A stretch of 64,000 bases of DNA from the NCBI GenBank assembly GCA_029974835.1, contig JARKQN010000016.1, forward strand, positions 5,379-69,378, written 5' to 3'. This DNA is from Bacteroidales bacterium (GTDB taxonomy: Bacteria > Bacteroidota > Bacteroidia > Bacteroidales > VadinHA17). Positions 10,729 to 18,950 of the stretch are shown here, in pieces. Under the pieces are notes generated by a model. That model saw nothing but the letters and a program-made list of their open reading frames with translations. It did not search any database and was not told the DNA's origin. The translations under genes and the position numbers were made by a program. Every line of letters begins with the position of its first letter. Position 1 is the stretch's first letter.

Positions 10729-12387
10729 TTATTTAAACACTCTTTCTCCTATTATCAATACCCATGGTTTGTTATCAGGTGCGCTGAAAGAGGCTTCAGT
10801 TGTTGTTATTCCCCCGGCTGCGGTTTCTCCCGTTTCAGGGTTGAACCAGATAAATGGCATACCGGCAGGAACATTTCTGATTTTAACTGAACCTCCGTTA
10901 TTCAGATAGGAGATATAGAAAACACCTTCTTTTGCCAGCAGAGGCTTGTTGTCTTCAGTCAGGTCCCACCGCCTTTCCATGTCGGCAAAGTCGAAGCCGT
11001 CAAATGCTTTTGACACAAGCCCCACATACTTGCTTCCTTCCTGCTCAAGGGCTTCCCTCCACGACATCGGGGCATTGGTCCATGCATCCCAGCCCTGCTC
11101 ATCGGGGGTCACTTTCCACTGCCAGAGACATGCAGCCCCGTAAACAACTCCCATGGTGCCTCCGTGCATAAGCTGGTTCCATGCCTCTTCTCCCTGCCAC
11201 CATCCAAGTCCTGCTTTGCCGTTGCCCATCCCTTCGTAAGTGGGTTCTCCGTTAAGGTTTGCTTTGACAGGTTTGTTGTCGTACATCCTCTCTACCTTAT
11301 GATAAAGATGTTTTCCGTCGTGTCCTGTCTGCGACCATTGAAAATCGAGCCACGGCTCATCCTGATGCGACCTGTTGTGATGGAAGCATCTCGAGCTGTC
11401 ACCATTGGCCCACGAAGGCATATAATCGTCGGCGGGGTTATAATGAATGCCGGTCGGCTGGTGATAGCAATCCCATTTCTCAATCATTTCACCTCCCGGC
11501 TTTACACATGGGTCAAGTCCGTTGGCATCTCCGCTCACCAGCCAGAAGGCGGGCATGCTTCCGTAACGGGCAACAAGGTATTTGCAGTACCTGGCGTATT
11601 CATCAGGGTCGGCTGTGGGACCAAGAACTGTTTTCCCCTTCCACCCGAAACCGTGAAAAACAGGCTGGTAAACAGGAACAATGCCATGACCGACCAGAAT
11701 CTGCATCAGGGAATCAAGATACTGGAAGTAATCAACCCTCAGCTTATTAAGGTGACCTTCATGAAGGTCATCAAAACCTCTGGCAAATCCCTGAGGTGTA
11801 TCCCTTAAATCAGGTCCTTCGGCGTACATATCGGGCTGTACGCTCATAAGAAGCGCGGCATTAAACCCTTTCTTCATTCTGTCGGCAGCGTATATCAAGA
11901 CCTGGTCGGTTGTAGCCCTGAAGGGGATGGACCACGGGGTGTCGCCGGTTACCAGAAAAGGTTTCCCGTTGTGATGTACGACGTTCCTCTTTCCCGGTGA
12001 CATTTTCAGCAATCCGTTCCTAAGAAGGGGATTTAACCCTTGATATTTAACAGACCTCAGGGATCCCCGTTTTTTGCTCAGCCCTTTGTCTTCCGGCACT
12101 GAGAAAGTTGTCCATTGCCATAGTGAACCGGTATCGGGAGGTGCAAACCTTATTTTCCAGCTTTTACCGCCATCCCAGAAAGCGGGTCTTACAAGGGTGT
12201 CTCCCTTGCTGCTGACAAACAGCGCCCAGACATCAACATCGCTGTACGGATTTGGAAAATCATTGCCAGCGGTCAGCTCAATTTCAAAGGTTGTCCATTG
12301 TTCAACGGACTTTATTTCCTTGTTGCAGCCTGAAAGCAGGATTGCAGCTGCAACAGGAAGAAATAAACAGGTAATGTTTTTTTTCAT
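10729..12387 (-). CDS. DUF5060/DUF4038 protein (GH140-like glycoside hydrolase)
   Basis: I prefer the ATG at 12387 (MKKNITCLFLPVAAAILLSGC lipoprotein signal) over the track start at 12414. The N-terminal beta-sandwich (WTTFEIEL...WKIRFAPPDTGSLWQW) and the TIM part (PFLVTGDTPWSIPF, KGFNAALLMSVQPD) resemble DUF5060 plus DUF4038. Confidence 0.6.
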   Translation of the reverse strand: MKKNITCLFLPVAAAILLSGCNKEIKSVEQWTTFEIELTAGNDFPNPYSDVDVWALFVSSKGDTLVRPAFWDGGKSWKIRFAPPDTGSLWQWTTFSVPEDKGLSKKRGSLRSVKYQGLNPLLRNGLLKMSPGKRNVVHHNGKPFLVTGDTPWSIPFRATTDQVLIYAADRMKKGFNAALLMSVQPDMYAEGPDLRDTPQGFARGFDDLHEGHLNKLRVDYFQYLDSLMQILVGHGIVPVYQPVFHGFGWKGKTVLGPTADPDEYARYCKYLVARYGSMPAFWLVSGDANGLDPCVKPGGEMIEKWDCYHQPTGIHYNPADDYMPSWANGDSSRCFHHNRSHQDEPWLDFQWSQTGHDGKHLYHKVERMYDNKPVKANLNGEPTYEGMGNGKAGLGWWQGEEAWNQLMHGGTMGVVYGAACLWQWKVTPDEQGWDAWTNAPMSWREALEQEGSKYVGLVSKAFDGFDFADMERRWDLTEDNKPLLAKEGVFYISYLNNGGSVKIRNVPAGMPFIWFNPETGETAAGGITTTEASFSAPDNKPWVLIIGERVFK

Positions 12388-12463
12388 GGCCGGGGAAATT
12401 CGGGTTATAAACATTTTTCATGTTTTACTGTTTAAATGTAACATATACTTAAAATAATGCAAA

Positions 12464-13210
12464 ATGAAAAGAGCCATATATTTTTTAATATCAGTAATTT
12501 TCTTGGCCAATGCCAATATTTTCATTTCCAAAACTCAGCCCGGGATAGATTTTGAAACAGGGATCGTCTTTTCGGGCTACAACAATGTCAGGATACCGGG
12601 AGATGAAGGAACACTTTTCTCAATGAATGGTGATCTGAAAGCAAATGAAAAGGTTTTTTACAGGCTAAGGTTTAACTACACCATCGGAGAACGCCACGAT
12701 ATATCTTTTCTGTATGCACCGCTTACGGTTAAGTCGTCGGGCAGCAAGGGTACCGATATACTTTTTGAGGGAGTCGTTTTTCCTGCAGGTACCAGTATCG
12801 ACGGCGAATATAAATTCAATTCCTACAGACTTACCTACAGGTATGATTTCATCAAAAAAGATGCATTTGAATTGGGAATGGGTTTTACCGCAAAGATAAG
12901 GGACGCAAAGATAGCGCTGGCTTCAGGCCCGGTGGAAAGTGTAAAAACAAACGTGGGTTTTGTTCCGATTTTAAATTTCAGGATGCTCTGGAATTTTAAG
13001 GAGAATCTCGGAGTTCTGGTTTACGGAGACGCACTGGCAGCACCGCAGGGCAGGGCAGAGGATATTCTTGTTGCATTGCGCTACCGTTTAAGCGATAAGC
13101 TCAGCCTTAAAGGGGGTTACCGCATCCTCGAAGGCGGTGCGGATAACGACGAGGTGTATAACTTTACCCTCTTCAATTATTTACTTGTAGGGTTTAGTTT
13201 TAATTTATGA
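12464..13210 (+). CDS. Hypothetical outer-membrane beta-barrel-like protein
   Basis: 248 aa with a signal peptide, alternating-hydrophobic strands throughout and a C-terminal aromatic-rich strand (LLVGFSFNL). No family recognised. Confidence 0.45.
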   Translation: MKRAIYFLISVIFLANANIFISKTQPGIDFETGIVFSGYNNVRIPGDEGTLFSMNGDLKANEKVFYRLRFNYTIGERHDISFLYAPLTVKSSGSKGTDILFEGVVFPAGTSIDGEYKFNSYRLTYRYDFIKKDAFELGMGFTAKIRDAKIALASGPVESVKTNVGFVPILNFRMLWNFKENLGVLVYGDALAAPQGRAEDILVALRYRLSDKLSLKGGYRILEGGADNDEVYNFTLFNYLLVGFSFNL

Positions 13211-13263
13211 TACAGTTACAGTCCTGATATTCCGCGTTTCCCCCGAAAGGGAGATGCCTTCTG

Positions 13264-13291
13264 ACCGCAAAGTTACCTTGCGGTTTTTTTG
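13264..13291 (+). terminator. Intrinsic terminator
   Basis: accgcaa-agttacc-ttgcggt followed by TTTTTTT, 54 nt after the stop at 13210. Confidence 0.6.
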
Positions 13292-13402
13292 TTTTGAAAA
13301 TAGCCGTTGATTTATCACACTCTTATAGTAAATTGCCTGCTTAATTATTAACGGCGTCCGCTAAAATGACATGGTAGTGGTTTTTATTTTAAATTAGTGT
13401 TT

Positions 13403-13410
13403 TATATTTG
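13403..13410 (+). promoter_or_regulatory. Candidate -7 box (TAtaTTTG) for the sugar transporter/kinase pair
   Basis: Matches TAnnTTTG 53 nt upstream of the ATG at 13463. It lies inside the GTG-initiated extension in the ORF track, which argues against that extension. Confidence 0.35.
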
Positions 13411-13462
13411 CTCAATTCGTACCAAACCAAATCATATTACCAAACCATTAAAACTCTCTTCA

Positions 13463-14827
13463 ATGAAAGAACAAACAAGCGGTAACCTCCGGTTAGGGAT
13501 GACCCTGATGATGATGATCTTCTTCATAATGGGGTTCATCACGAATTTTAACATTGCGCTTAAGGACCAGGTGCAGGCGACATTTAATCTCACAAATTTT
13601 ATGGCCAACCTGGTTAACGGTGTTTTCTTTTTTGCATATTTCGTTTTCTCGTTTGCATGCGGAAAAGTAATTAAGGCGGTCGGCTATAAAATGGGAGTCG
13701 TGCTGGGATTACTGGCAATCGGTATTGGAAGCTTTCTTTTCTTCCCGGCGGTAGCAATTCCGTCTTATGGATTTTTTCTTGTTGCTGTTTTTGTAATGGC
13801 AACGGGCGTTGTCTTTCTGCAGACGGCGGCAAATCCCTATGTTGCAGCTCTCGGTAAGGAAGAGACAGCTTCGTCAAGGCTGAATCTTGTGCAGGCACTG
13901 AATTCACTTGCCACAACTGCAGCTCCTTTTATTGTGGGCGTGGTTGTACTTACACCCGCTGCCATAGCAATGGGTCCGAAAGCAGTGCAGGTACCTTTCC
14001 TGATTATCGGATCTGTTGTGGTGCTGATAGCAGTGTTTATTTTCTTCATGAAACTGCCCGATCTTATCGGAAAAGATGAAGCCGGAGAAAGAAAGAGCGT
14101 CTGGAAACGCCCGCATGTGTTGCTTGGTGCCCTGGCTATTTTCTTCTACGTTGGTGCAGAGGTGGGAATTTCGACAGCCATTGTACCATACCTGAAACAG
14201 ACCGGCATGCTAATAGGTGAGGCTGCCAAGCTCGCTGCAATGTACTGGGGCGGTGCAATGATTGGCCGTTTCCTGGGTTCAATTAACCTGAGCGAGATGG
14301 AAAGTAAGAAGAAAATACTCTATTCAATACTGGTGGTAATCTTTGCATTCTTCGTCGGATGGCTGGTTACAGGCAGCCAGGTGAAGGAAGGTGCGTTCGT
14401 TTTCGAATCATCTGTTTCAAAAGGCCTGATTTTTATGGGTATTGCTCTTGCCAACTATCTGATTATGTCCGTTTCAAGAGGAAAGACAAATCTGGCACTG
14501 GGTGTTTTCGGCCTTGTTGCTGCTGCTCTCGTATTCTCGGCAACTGTCCTGGGGGCTAACGTAGGTATATGGGCACTCCTCTCAATAGGTTTCTTCAACT
14601 CAATTATGTTTCCCAATATTTTCTCACTCGGGGTCAAGGATCTTGAGAAACCTGAAATGCCAATGGCCTCAGGAATAATCAATACCATGATTGTTGGCGG
14701 CGCCGTTATACCCGTATTAATGGGCTGGTTAACCGACTCAGTTGATGTCCGTGCTGCCCTTATACTGCCGCTTGTGTCATATCTCTACATAGTGTTCTTC
14801 GCACTTAAGGGAAGCAGGATCAGATAA
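13463..14827 (+). CDS. MFS sugar:H+ symporter (FucP/GluP glucose-galactose-fucose permease family)
   Basis: I prefer the ATG at 13463 (MKEQTSGNLRLGMTLMMMIFF). Polytopic profile of about 12 TM segments, typical for the FucP/GluP family. A sugar kinase follows 47 nt downstream. Confidence 0.8.
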   Translation: MKEQTSGNLRLGMTLMMMIFFIMGFITNFNIALKDQVQATFNLTNFMANLVNGVFFFAYFVFSFACGKVIKAVGYKMGVVLGLLAIGIGSFLFFPAVAIPSYGFFLVAVFVMATGVVFLQTAANPYVAALGKEETASSRLNLVQALNSLATTAAPFIVGVVVLTPAAIAMGPKAVQVPFLIIGSVVVLIAVFIFFMKLPDLIGKDEAGERKSVWKRPHVLLGALAIFFYVGAEVGISTAIVPYLKQTGMLIGEAAKLAAMYWGGAMIGRFLGSINLSEMESKKKILYSILVVIFAFFVGWLVTGSQVKEGAFVFESSVSKGLIFMGIALANYLIMSVSRGKTNLALGVFGLVAAALVFSATVLGANVGIWALLSIGFFNSIMFPNIFSLGVKDLEKPEMPMASGIINTMIVGGAVIPVLMGWLTDSVDVRAALILPLVSYLYIVFFALKGSRIR

Positions 14828-14874
14828 TTCCGGGACAACAGCCGTATAATTGAATAATGATAATTTAAGAAAAT

Positions 14875-15903
14875 ATGAAGAAGGTTGCAATAGGAATAGA
14901 TATCGGCGGAACAAATACAGCAATCGGGGTTGTTGATGCCGAAGGCGTTATTCTTTATGAAAGAAAGCCTCAGATGGCCACTCCCCAGAAGGCTGAGAAT
15001 CCCGACATGAAAAAAGACATGTCGGATAAGCTGCTGGCAAAATTCGTTAAGGACCTCTCGGATGAAATTAAAAAGGCTATCGAAGCTGCTGGGAAAGGTA
15101 ATCCTGATATTGAAGTAGCCGGTATAGGGATAGGAGCTCCAAATGCCAATTATTACAGCGGCACAATTGAACATGCTCCCAACCTCCCTTTCGTCGGGGT
15201 GATAAACTTTGCAGAACTGATAAAGGCAAATTTCCCAACATTAAAATTTGTAAAGCTTACCAACGATGCCAATGCTGCGGCCCTGGGAGAGCTTATTTAC
15301 GGCGGCGGCAGGGGAATGAAAAACTTTGCCCTTATGACACTTGGGACCGGACTTGGAAGCGGGCTGATTGTCAACGGCGACCTCGTTTACGGGGCAGACG
15401 GATTTGCGGGTGAATGCGGTCACGTCACTGTCGTTCCTGACGGCCGGCTTTGCGGCTGCGGCGGACGAGGCCATCTTGAAGCCTATTGCTCGGCCACCGG
15501 CATCAAACGAACGGTTTATGAACTGCTGGCAAAGTACAACGACTCAAAGAGCCCGTTGTCGGACATCCCGATGAATCAGATGACTTCAAAGAAGGTCTTT
15601 GATGCTGCTGAGGCAGGCGATCCCATTGCAAAGGAAGTGTTTCAGATAACCGGTGAAATTCTGGGCCGTGCCCTCGCCGATACTGTTCATTACCTGAGCC
15701 CCGAGGCAATATTCCTGTTCGGAGGAGCCGCCGCTGCAGGTGATTATATCTTCAAACCGACAAAGGAGAGTATGGAACGCCACCTCATGCCTGTGTTCAG
15801 AAATAAGGTTAAAATCCTGCCTTCAAAGCTGAAGGAGAGCACTGCAGCCATTCTGGGTGCAAGCGCCCTGGTTTGGAAAGAGATAGAGAAAAGTTCATTG
15901 TAG
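14875..15903 (+). CDS. ROK-family sugar kinase (glucokinase-like)
   Basis: VAIGIDIGGTNTAIGVVD phosphate-1 motif and ROK zinc motif GECGH...CGCGGRGHLE, with His where the family consensus has the last Cys. Confidence 0.8.
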   Translation: MKKVAIGIDIGGTNTAIGVVDAEGVILYERKPQMATPQKAENPDMKKDMSDKLLAKFVKDLSDEIKKAIEAAGKGNPDIEVAGIGIGAPNANYYSGTIEHAPNLPFVGVINFAELIKANFPTLKFVKLTNDANAAALGELIYGGGRGMKNFALMTLGTGLGSGLIVNGDLVYGADGFAGECGHVTVVPDGRLCGCGGRGHLEAYCSATGIKRTVYELLAKYNDSKSPLSDIPMNQMTSKKVFDAAEAGDPIAKEVFQITGEILGRALADTVHYLSPEAIFLFGGAAAAGDYIFKPTKESMERHLMPVFRNKVKILPSKLKESTAAILGASALVWKEIEKSSL

Positions 15904-15946
15904 CAAAACAGGCAGAGAAAAAGGATAATTTCAGTAATTCAGTCAT

Positions 15947-15992
15947 AGCCGGTGCCGGAAGGTTATTTATAATGAAGGCACCGGCTTTTTTT
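15947..15992 (+). terminator. Intrinsic terminator
   Basis: 10-bp GC-rich stem agccggtgcc / ggcaccggct (15947-15956 / 15977-15986) followed by TTTTTTT. Confidence 0.7.
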
Positions 15993-16107
15993 GTCTTCAG
16001 CAGAAAGACATTTTTCCATTTTACACAGACAGACTTTTTTTGCCTGCCTTAAAGCGGACAGGCATTAAATGTTGTCAAAACTCCCGTAATGTTTTATACA
16101 CATTCAT

Positions 16108-16720
16108 GATAAAAGTCTGCAGATTTGTTTTCTTCTCCTGTCAGACTATTGCAGAAGAAAGAGAAAATAATAAATTATTAACCCCTTACTTCGTGACGGA
16201 ATTTTTTGTTTAGGAGGTAATTCCGAACCATATGTCCGAGCCTCGTAGAGGCGAAATGTTTGTAGCCGGATGTCATTCAGATCCGTATATGGCAACTCTC
16301 TTCGGAGAGGAATGTTTGATGTATAGGATGGAATTCCGAACCACATGTCCAAGCCTCGTAGAGGCGAAATGTTTGTAGCAAAAATGACGTATTAAAGTAT
16401 ATGAGCCCCTTCGGGGCGAAATGTTTGATGTATAGGATGGAATCCGAACCACATGTCCGAGCCTCTTAGAGGCGAAATGTTTGTAGCAGAAATGACGTAT
16501 TAAAATATAAGAGCCCCTTCGGGGCGGAATGTTGGATGTATAGGATGGAAATGCCGAACCAGAATATCTTTTTGAATGGCTGTGATATTACATTTCACTC
16601 CTACGGAGTTCATAATAAACTGGTTGCATTGATGCTACAAGCATTTCATCCCTACGGGATTGGATTCTAATGAGTGCCCCTCTCCGCTGTTAATTTCACA
16701 CTGCAGAGGTGTATATTCCT
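16108..16720 (+). repeat. Composite repeat copy A (613 bp) with 6 forward and 2 inverted mini-hairpin modules
   Basis: Direct comparison with 16721-17110 shows the same leader (gataaaagtctgcagatttgttttcttctcctgtcag...) and the same tail (...ctgcagaggtgtatattcct). Copy A has three sub-repeats of 108-113 bp where copy B has one. Confidence 0.85.
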
Positions 16721-17110
16721 GATAATAGGCTGCAAATTTGTTTTCTTCTCCTGTCAGATTATTGCAGTAGAAAGAGAAAATAATAAATTTTTAATCCCTT
16801 CCTTCGTGACGGAATTTTTTGTTTAGGAGGTAATTCCGAACCACATGTCCGAGCCTCGTAGAGGCGAAATGTTTGTAGCAGAAATGACGTATTAAAATAT
16901 TTGAGCCCCTTCGGGGCGAAATGTTTGATGTATAGGATGGAATCCGAACCAGAATATCTTTTTGAATGGCTGTGATATTACATTTCACTCCTACGGAGTT
17001 CATAATAAACTGGTTACATTGATACTACAAGCATTTCATCCCTACGGGATTGGATTCTAATGAGTGCCCCTCTCCGCTGTTAATTTCACACTGCAGAGGT
17101 GTATATTCCT
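16721..17110 (+). repeat. Composite repeat copy B (390 bp) with 2 forward and 2 inverted modules
   Basis: Near-identical to the ends of copy A. Hairpins lie at 16853-16865, 16905-16917, 16987-16999 and 17038-17050. Confidence 0.85.
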
Positions 17111-17156
17111 GATAAAAGTCTGAAAATTTGTTTTCTTCTCCTGTCAGATTATTGCT
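17111..17156 (+). repeat. Partial third copy (leader segment only)
   Basis: gataaaagtctgaaaatttgttttcttctcctgtcagattattgc repeats the first ~46 nt of copies A and B. Confidence 0.8.
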
Positions 17157-17319
17157 GCGCAAATGATAGTTAAGTCTCCCTCTCAGGGGGATCAGGGAGT
17201 TGATACAAAACAGGGGTGCAGGGGGTGAAAAACTATAAAGGATTCATGCAGGACAATTAACAGAAAAAAATTAAATTTACCTGAAATACCCGCAAAAATA
17301 AACCCTCAAATTAACAGAA

Positions 17320-18849
17320 ATGAAAACTATCCGGATTTCAATGAAAACAACCATTGTGCTGATAATTGGCATACTTATGTATTCCTGCAACGGGAAACAA
17401 CCAGGGCAGGAAGTAAAACCTCTTACACCTTCTTTTACTTCCGATATAGAATCTTTCAGGCAGTATCGTTACCCTGAGTGGTTTCGGGATGCAAAGTTCG
17501 GTATCTGGGCTCACTGGGGACCACAGGCTGTTCCGCGCCAGGGCGACTGGTATGCACGAAGGCTTTACGAAGAGGGAGGATCGGGATATAAGTACCATCT
17601 TGAGCATTACGGCCATCCCTCAAAATTCGGTTATAAGGATATTATACCTCTCTGGAAGGCTGAGAAATGGGACCCCGACAAACTTATGGCACTCTACAAA
17701 AGGGTCGGGGCCAGATACTTTGTAAGCATGGCAACCCATCACGACAATTTTTTCCTCTGGAATTCCAGAATCCACAGGTGGAATTCCGTTAACATGGGCC
17801 CTCAGAAAGATGTTGTCGGTTTATGGCAGGAGGCGGCAAAAAAATACGGACTGCGTTTCGGTGTTTCCGAACATCTCGGAGCCAGTTTTACCTGGTTTCA
17901 GGTAAGTCATGGCTCGGATAAAACGGGTCCGATGAAGGGTGTGAAATACGACGGCGCAAATCCTGAGTATCATGATCTCTATCATCCGCCCGCTGCACCT
18001 GACGACAAAGGATGGCTGACAAAGGATACAGCTTACCACAAAAGATGGTTTGCCAGCATTACAGAGCTCATTGATATGTACAAACCCGACCTTCTGTACT
18101 CCGACAGCGAACTTCCCTTTGGCGAAACAGGTCGTAAAATGCTGGCACACTTTTATAATCAGGATATTGAAAAAAACAACGGTAAGATCGAGGCTGTCTA
18201 TACCTGCAAACACCTAGCATCTGAAGGCCGATGGGTGAGGGATATTGAACGAGGTGCAATGGATACTGTCAGCATCGACCCATGGCAGACCGATACTTCA
18301 ATAGGCGACTGGTACTACCGTACAGGTCAAAAATACATGACCGGCACACAGGTGATACAGATGCTTGTCGATATTGTGAGTAAAAACGGAAATCTACTGC
18401 TTAACGTGGTTCAGACACCCGAAGGTGACCTTGAGCAGGATGTTCTCGACATCCTGGAAGAGATAGCTTCGTGGATTGCTGTTAACGGAGAAGGTATTTA
18501 TGAAACACGTCCTTGGAAGGTCTACGGCGAGGGACCTTCGATGAAGAAGCAGGAAAAAGGACGTTTCGGAGGCGTCAGGGATGTGCGGCCCTACCAACAG
18601 GCAGATATCAGATTCACATCAAAAGGAAACACTCTCTATGCCTTCGTAATGGAAAAGCCAACCGAAGATATTAAAATTACTTCACTCGGTAAGAAAACCT
18701 GGACTGAGCCTGTCAGGGTAAGATCGGTAAAGATGCCTGGCAGTGATGAAAAGCTAAGGTGGAAACAGGAAGAAAATGCTCTTGTAATCACCTTGCCTGC
18801 CAGGCTTCCGGAATGGAAGGTGGTATGTTTCAGAATCGAATTGAAATGA
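17320..18849 (+). CDS. Alpha-L-fucosidase (GH29)
   Basis: 509 aa with a lipoprotein-type signal (ILMYSC). GH29 N-terminal pattern WFRDAKFGIWAHWGPQ and ATHHDNFFLWNS. The start could instead be the ATG at 17341. Confidence 0.8.
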   Translation: MKTIRISMKTTIVLIIGILMYSCNGKQPGQEVKPLTPSFTSDIESFRQYRYPEWFRDAKFGIWAHWGPQAVPRQGDWYARRLYEEGGSGYKYHLEHYGHPSKFGYKDIIPLWKAEKWDPDKLMALYKRVGARYFVSMATHHDNFFLWNSRIHRWNSVNMGPQKDVVGLWQEAAKKYGLRFGVSEHLGASFTWFQVSHGSDKTGPMKGVKYDGANPEYHDLYHPPAAPDDKGWLTKDTAYHKRWFASITELIDMYKPDLLYSDSELPFGETGRKMLAHFYNQDIEKNNGKIEAVYTCKHLASEGRWVRDIERGAMDTVSIDPWQTDTSIGDWYYRTGQKYMTGTQVIQMLVDIVSKNGNLLLNVVQTPEGDLEQDVLDILEEIASWIAVNGEGIYETRPWKVYGEGPSMKKQEKGRFGGVRDVRPYQQADIRFTSKGNTLYAFVMEKPTEDIKITSLGKKTWTEPVRVRSVKMPGSDEKLRWKQEENALVITLPARLPEWKVVCFRIELK

Positions 18850-18950
18850 AAATCTCAGATATTAATGATTCAATGTGCCTGATTAGTAAATTCTTATTTT
18901 CTCTTTACCCTGACACCAGTTCCAGCTTTCCACCTGCGGGAAAGGAGCGA

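Noticed and set aside
13397-13462. GTG-initiated extension of the MFS transporter.
   Set aside because: - It overlaps a TAtaTTTG -7 box.
- The ATG at 13463 is followed directly by the first transmembrane segment region.
16108-17156. Possible CRISPR array, given the many short palindromic repeats.
   Set aside because: - There is no constant 24-48-nt repeat alternating with unique spacers, because the 'spacers' are themselves repeated.
- The modules occur in both orientations.
- No cas genes lie anywhere in the window.
18759-18950. Upstream extension of the beta-helix ORF overlapping the GH29 3' end.
   Set aside because: - The extension has no signal-peptide features and overlaps GH29 by 91 nt.
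- The ATG at 18951 gives a canonical signal peptide (MKLRNIILVMLLGAFAC).
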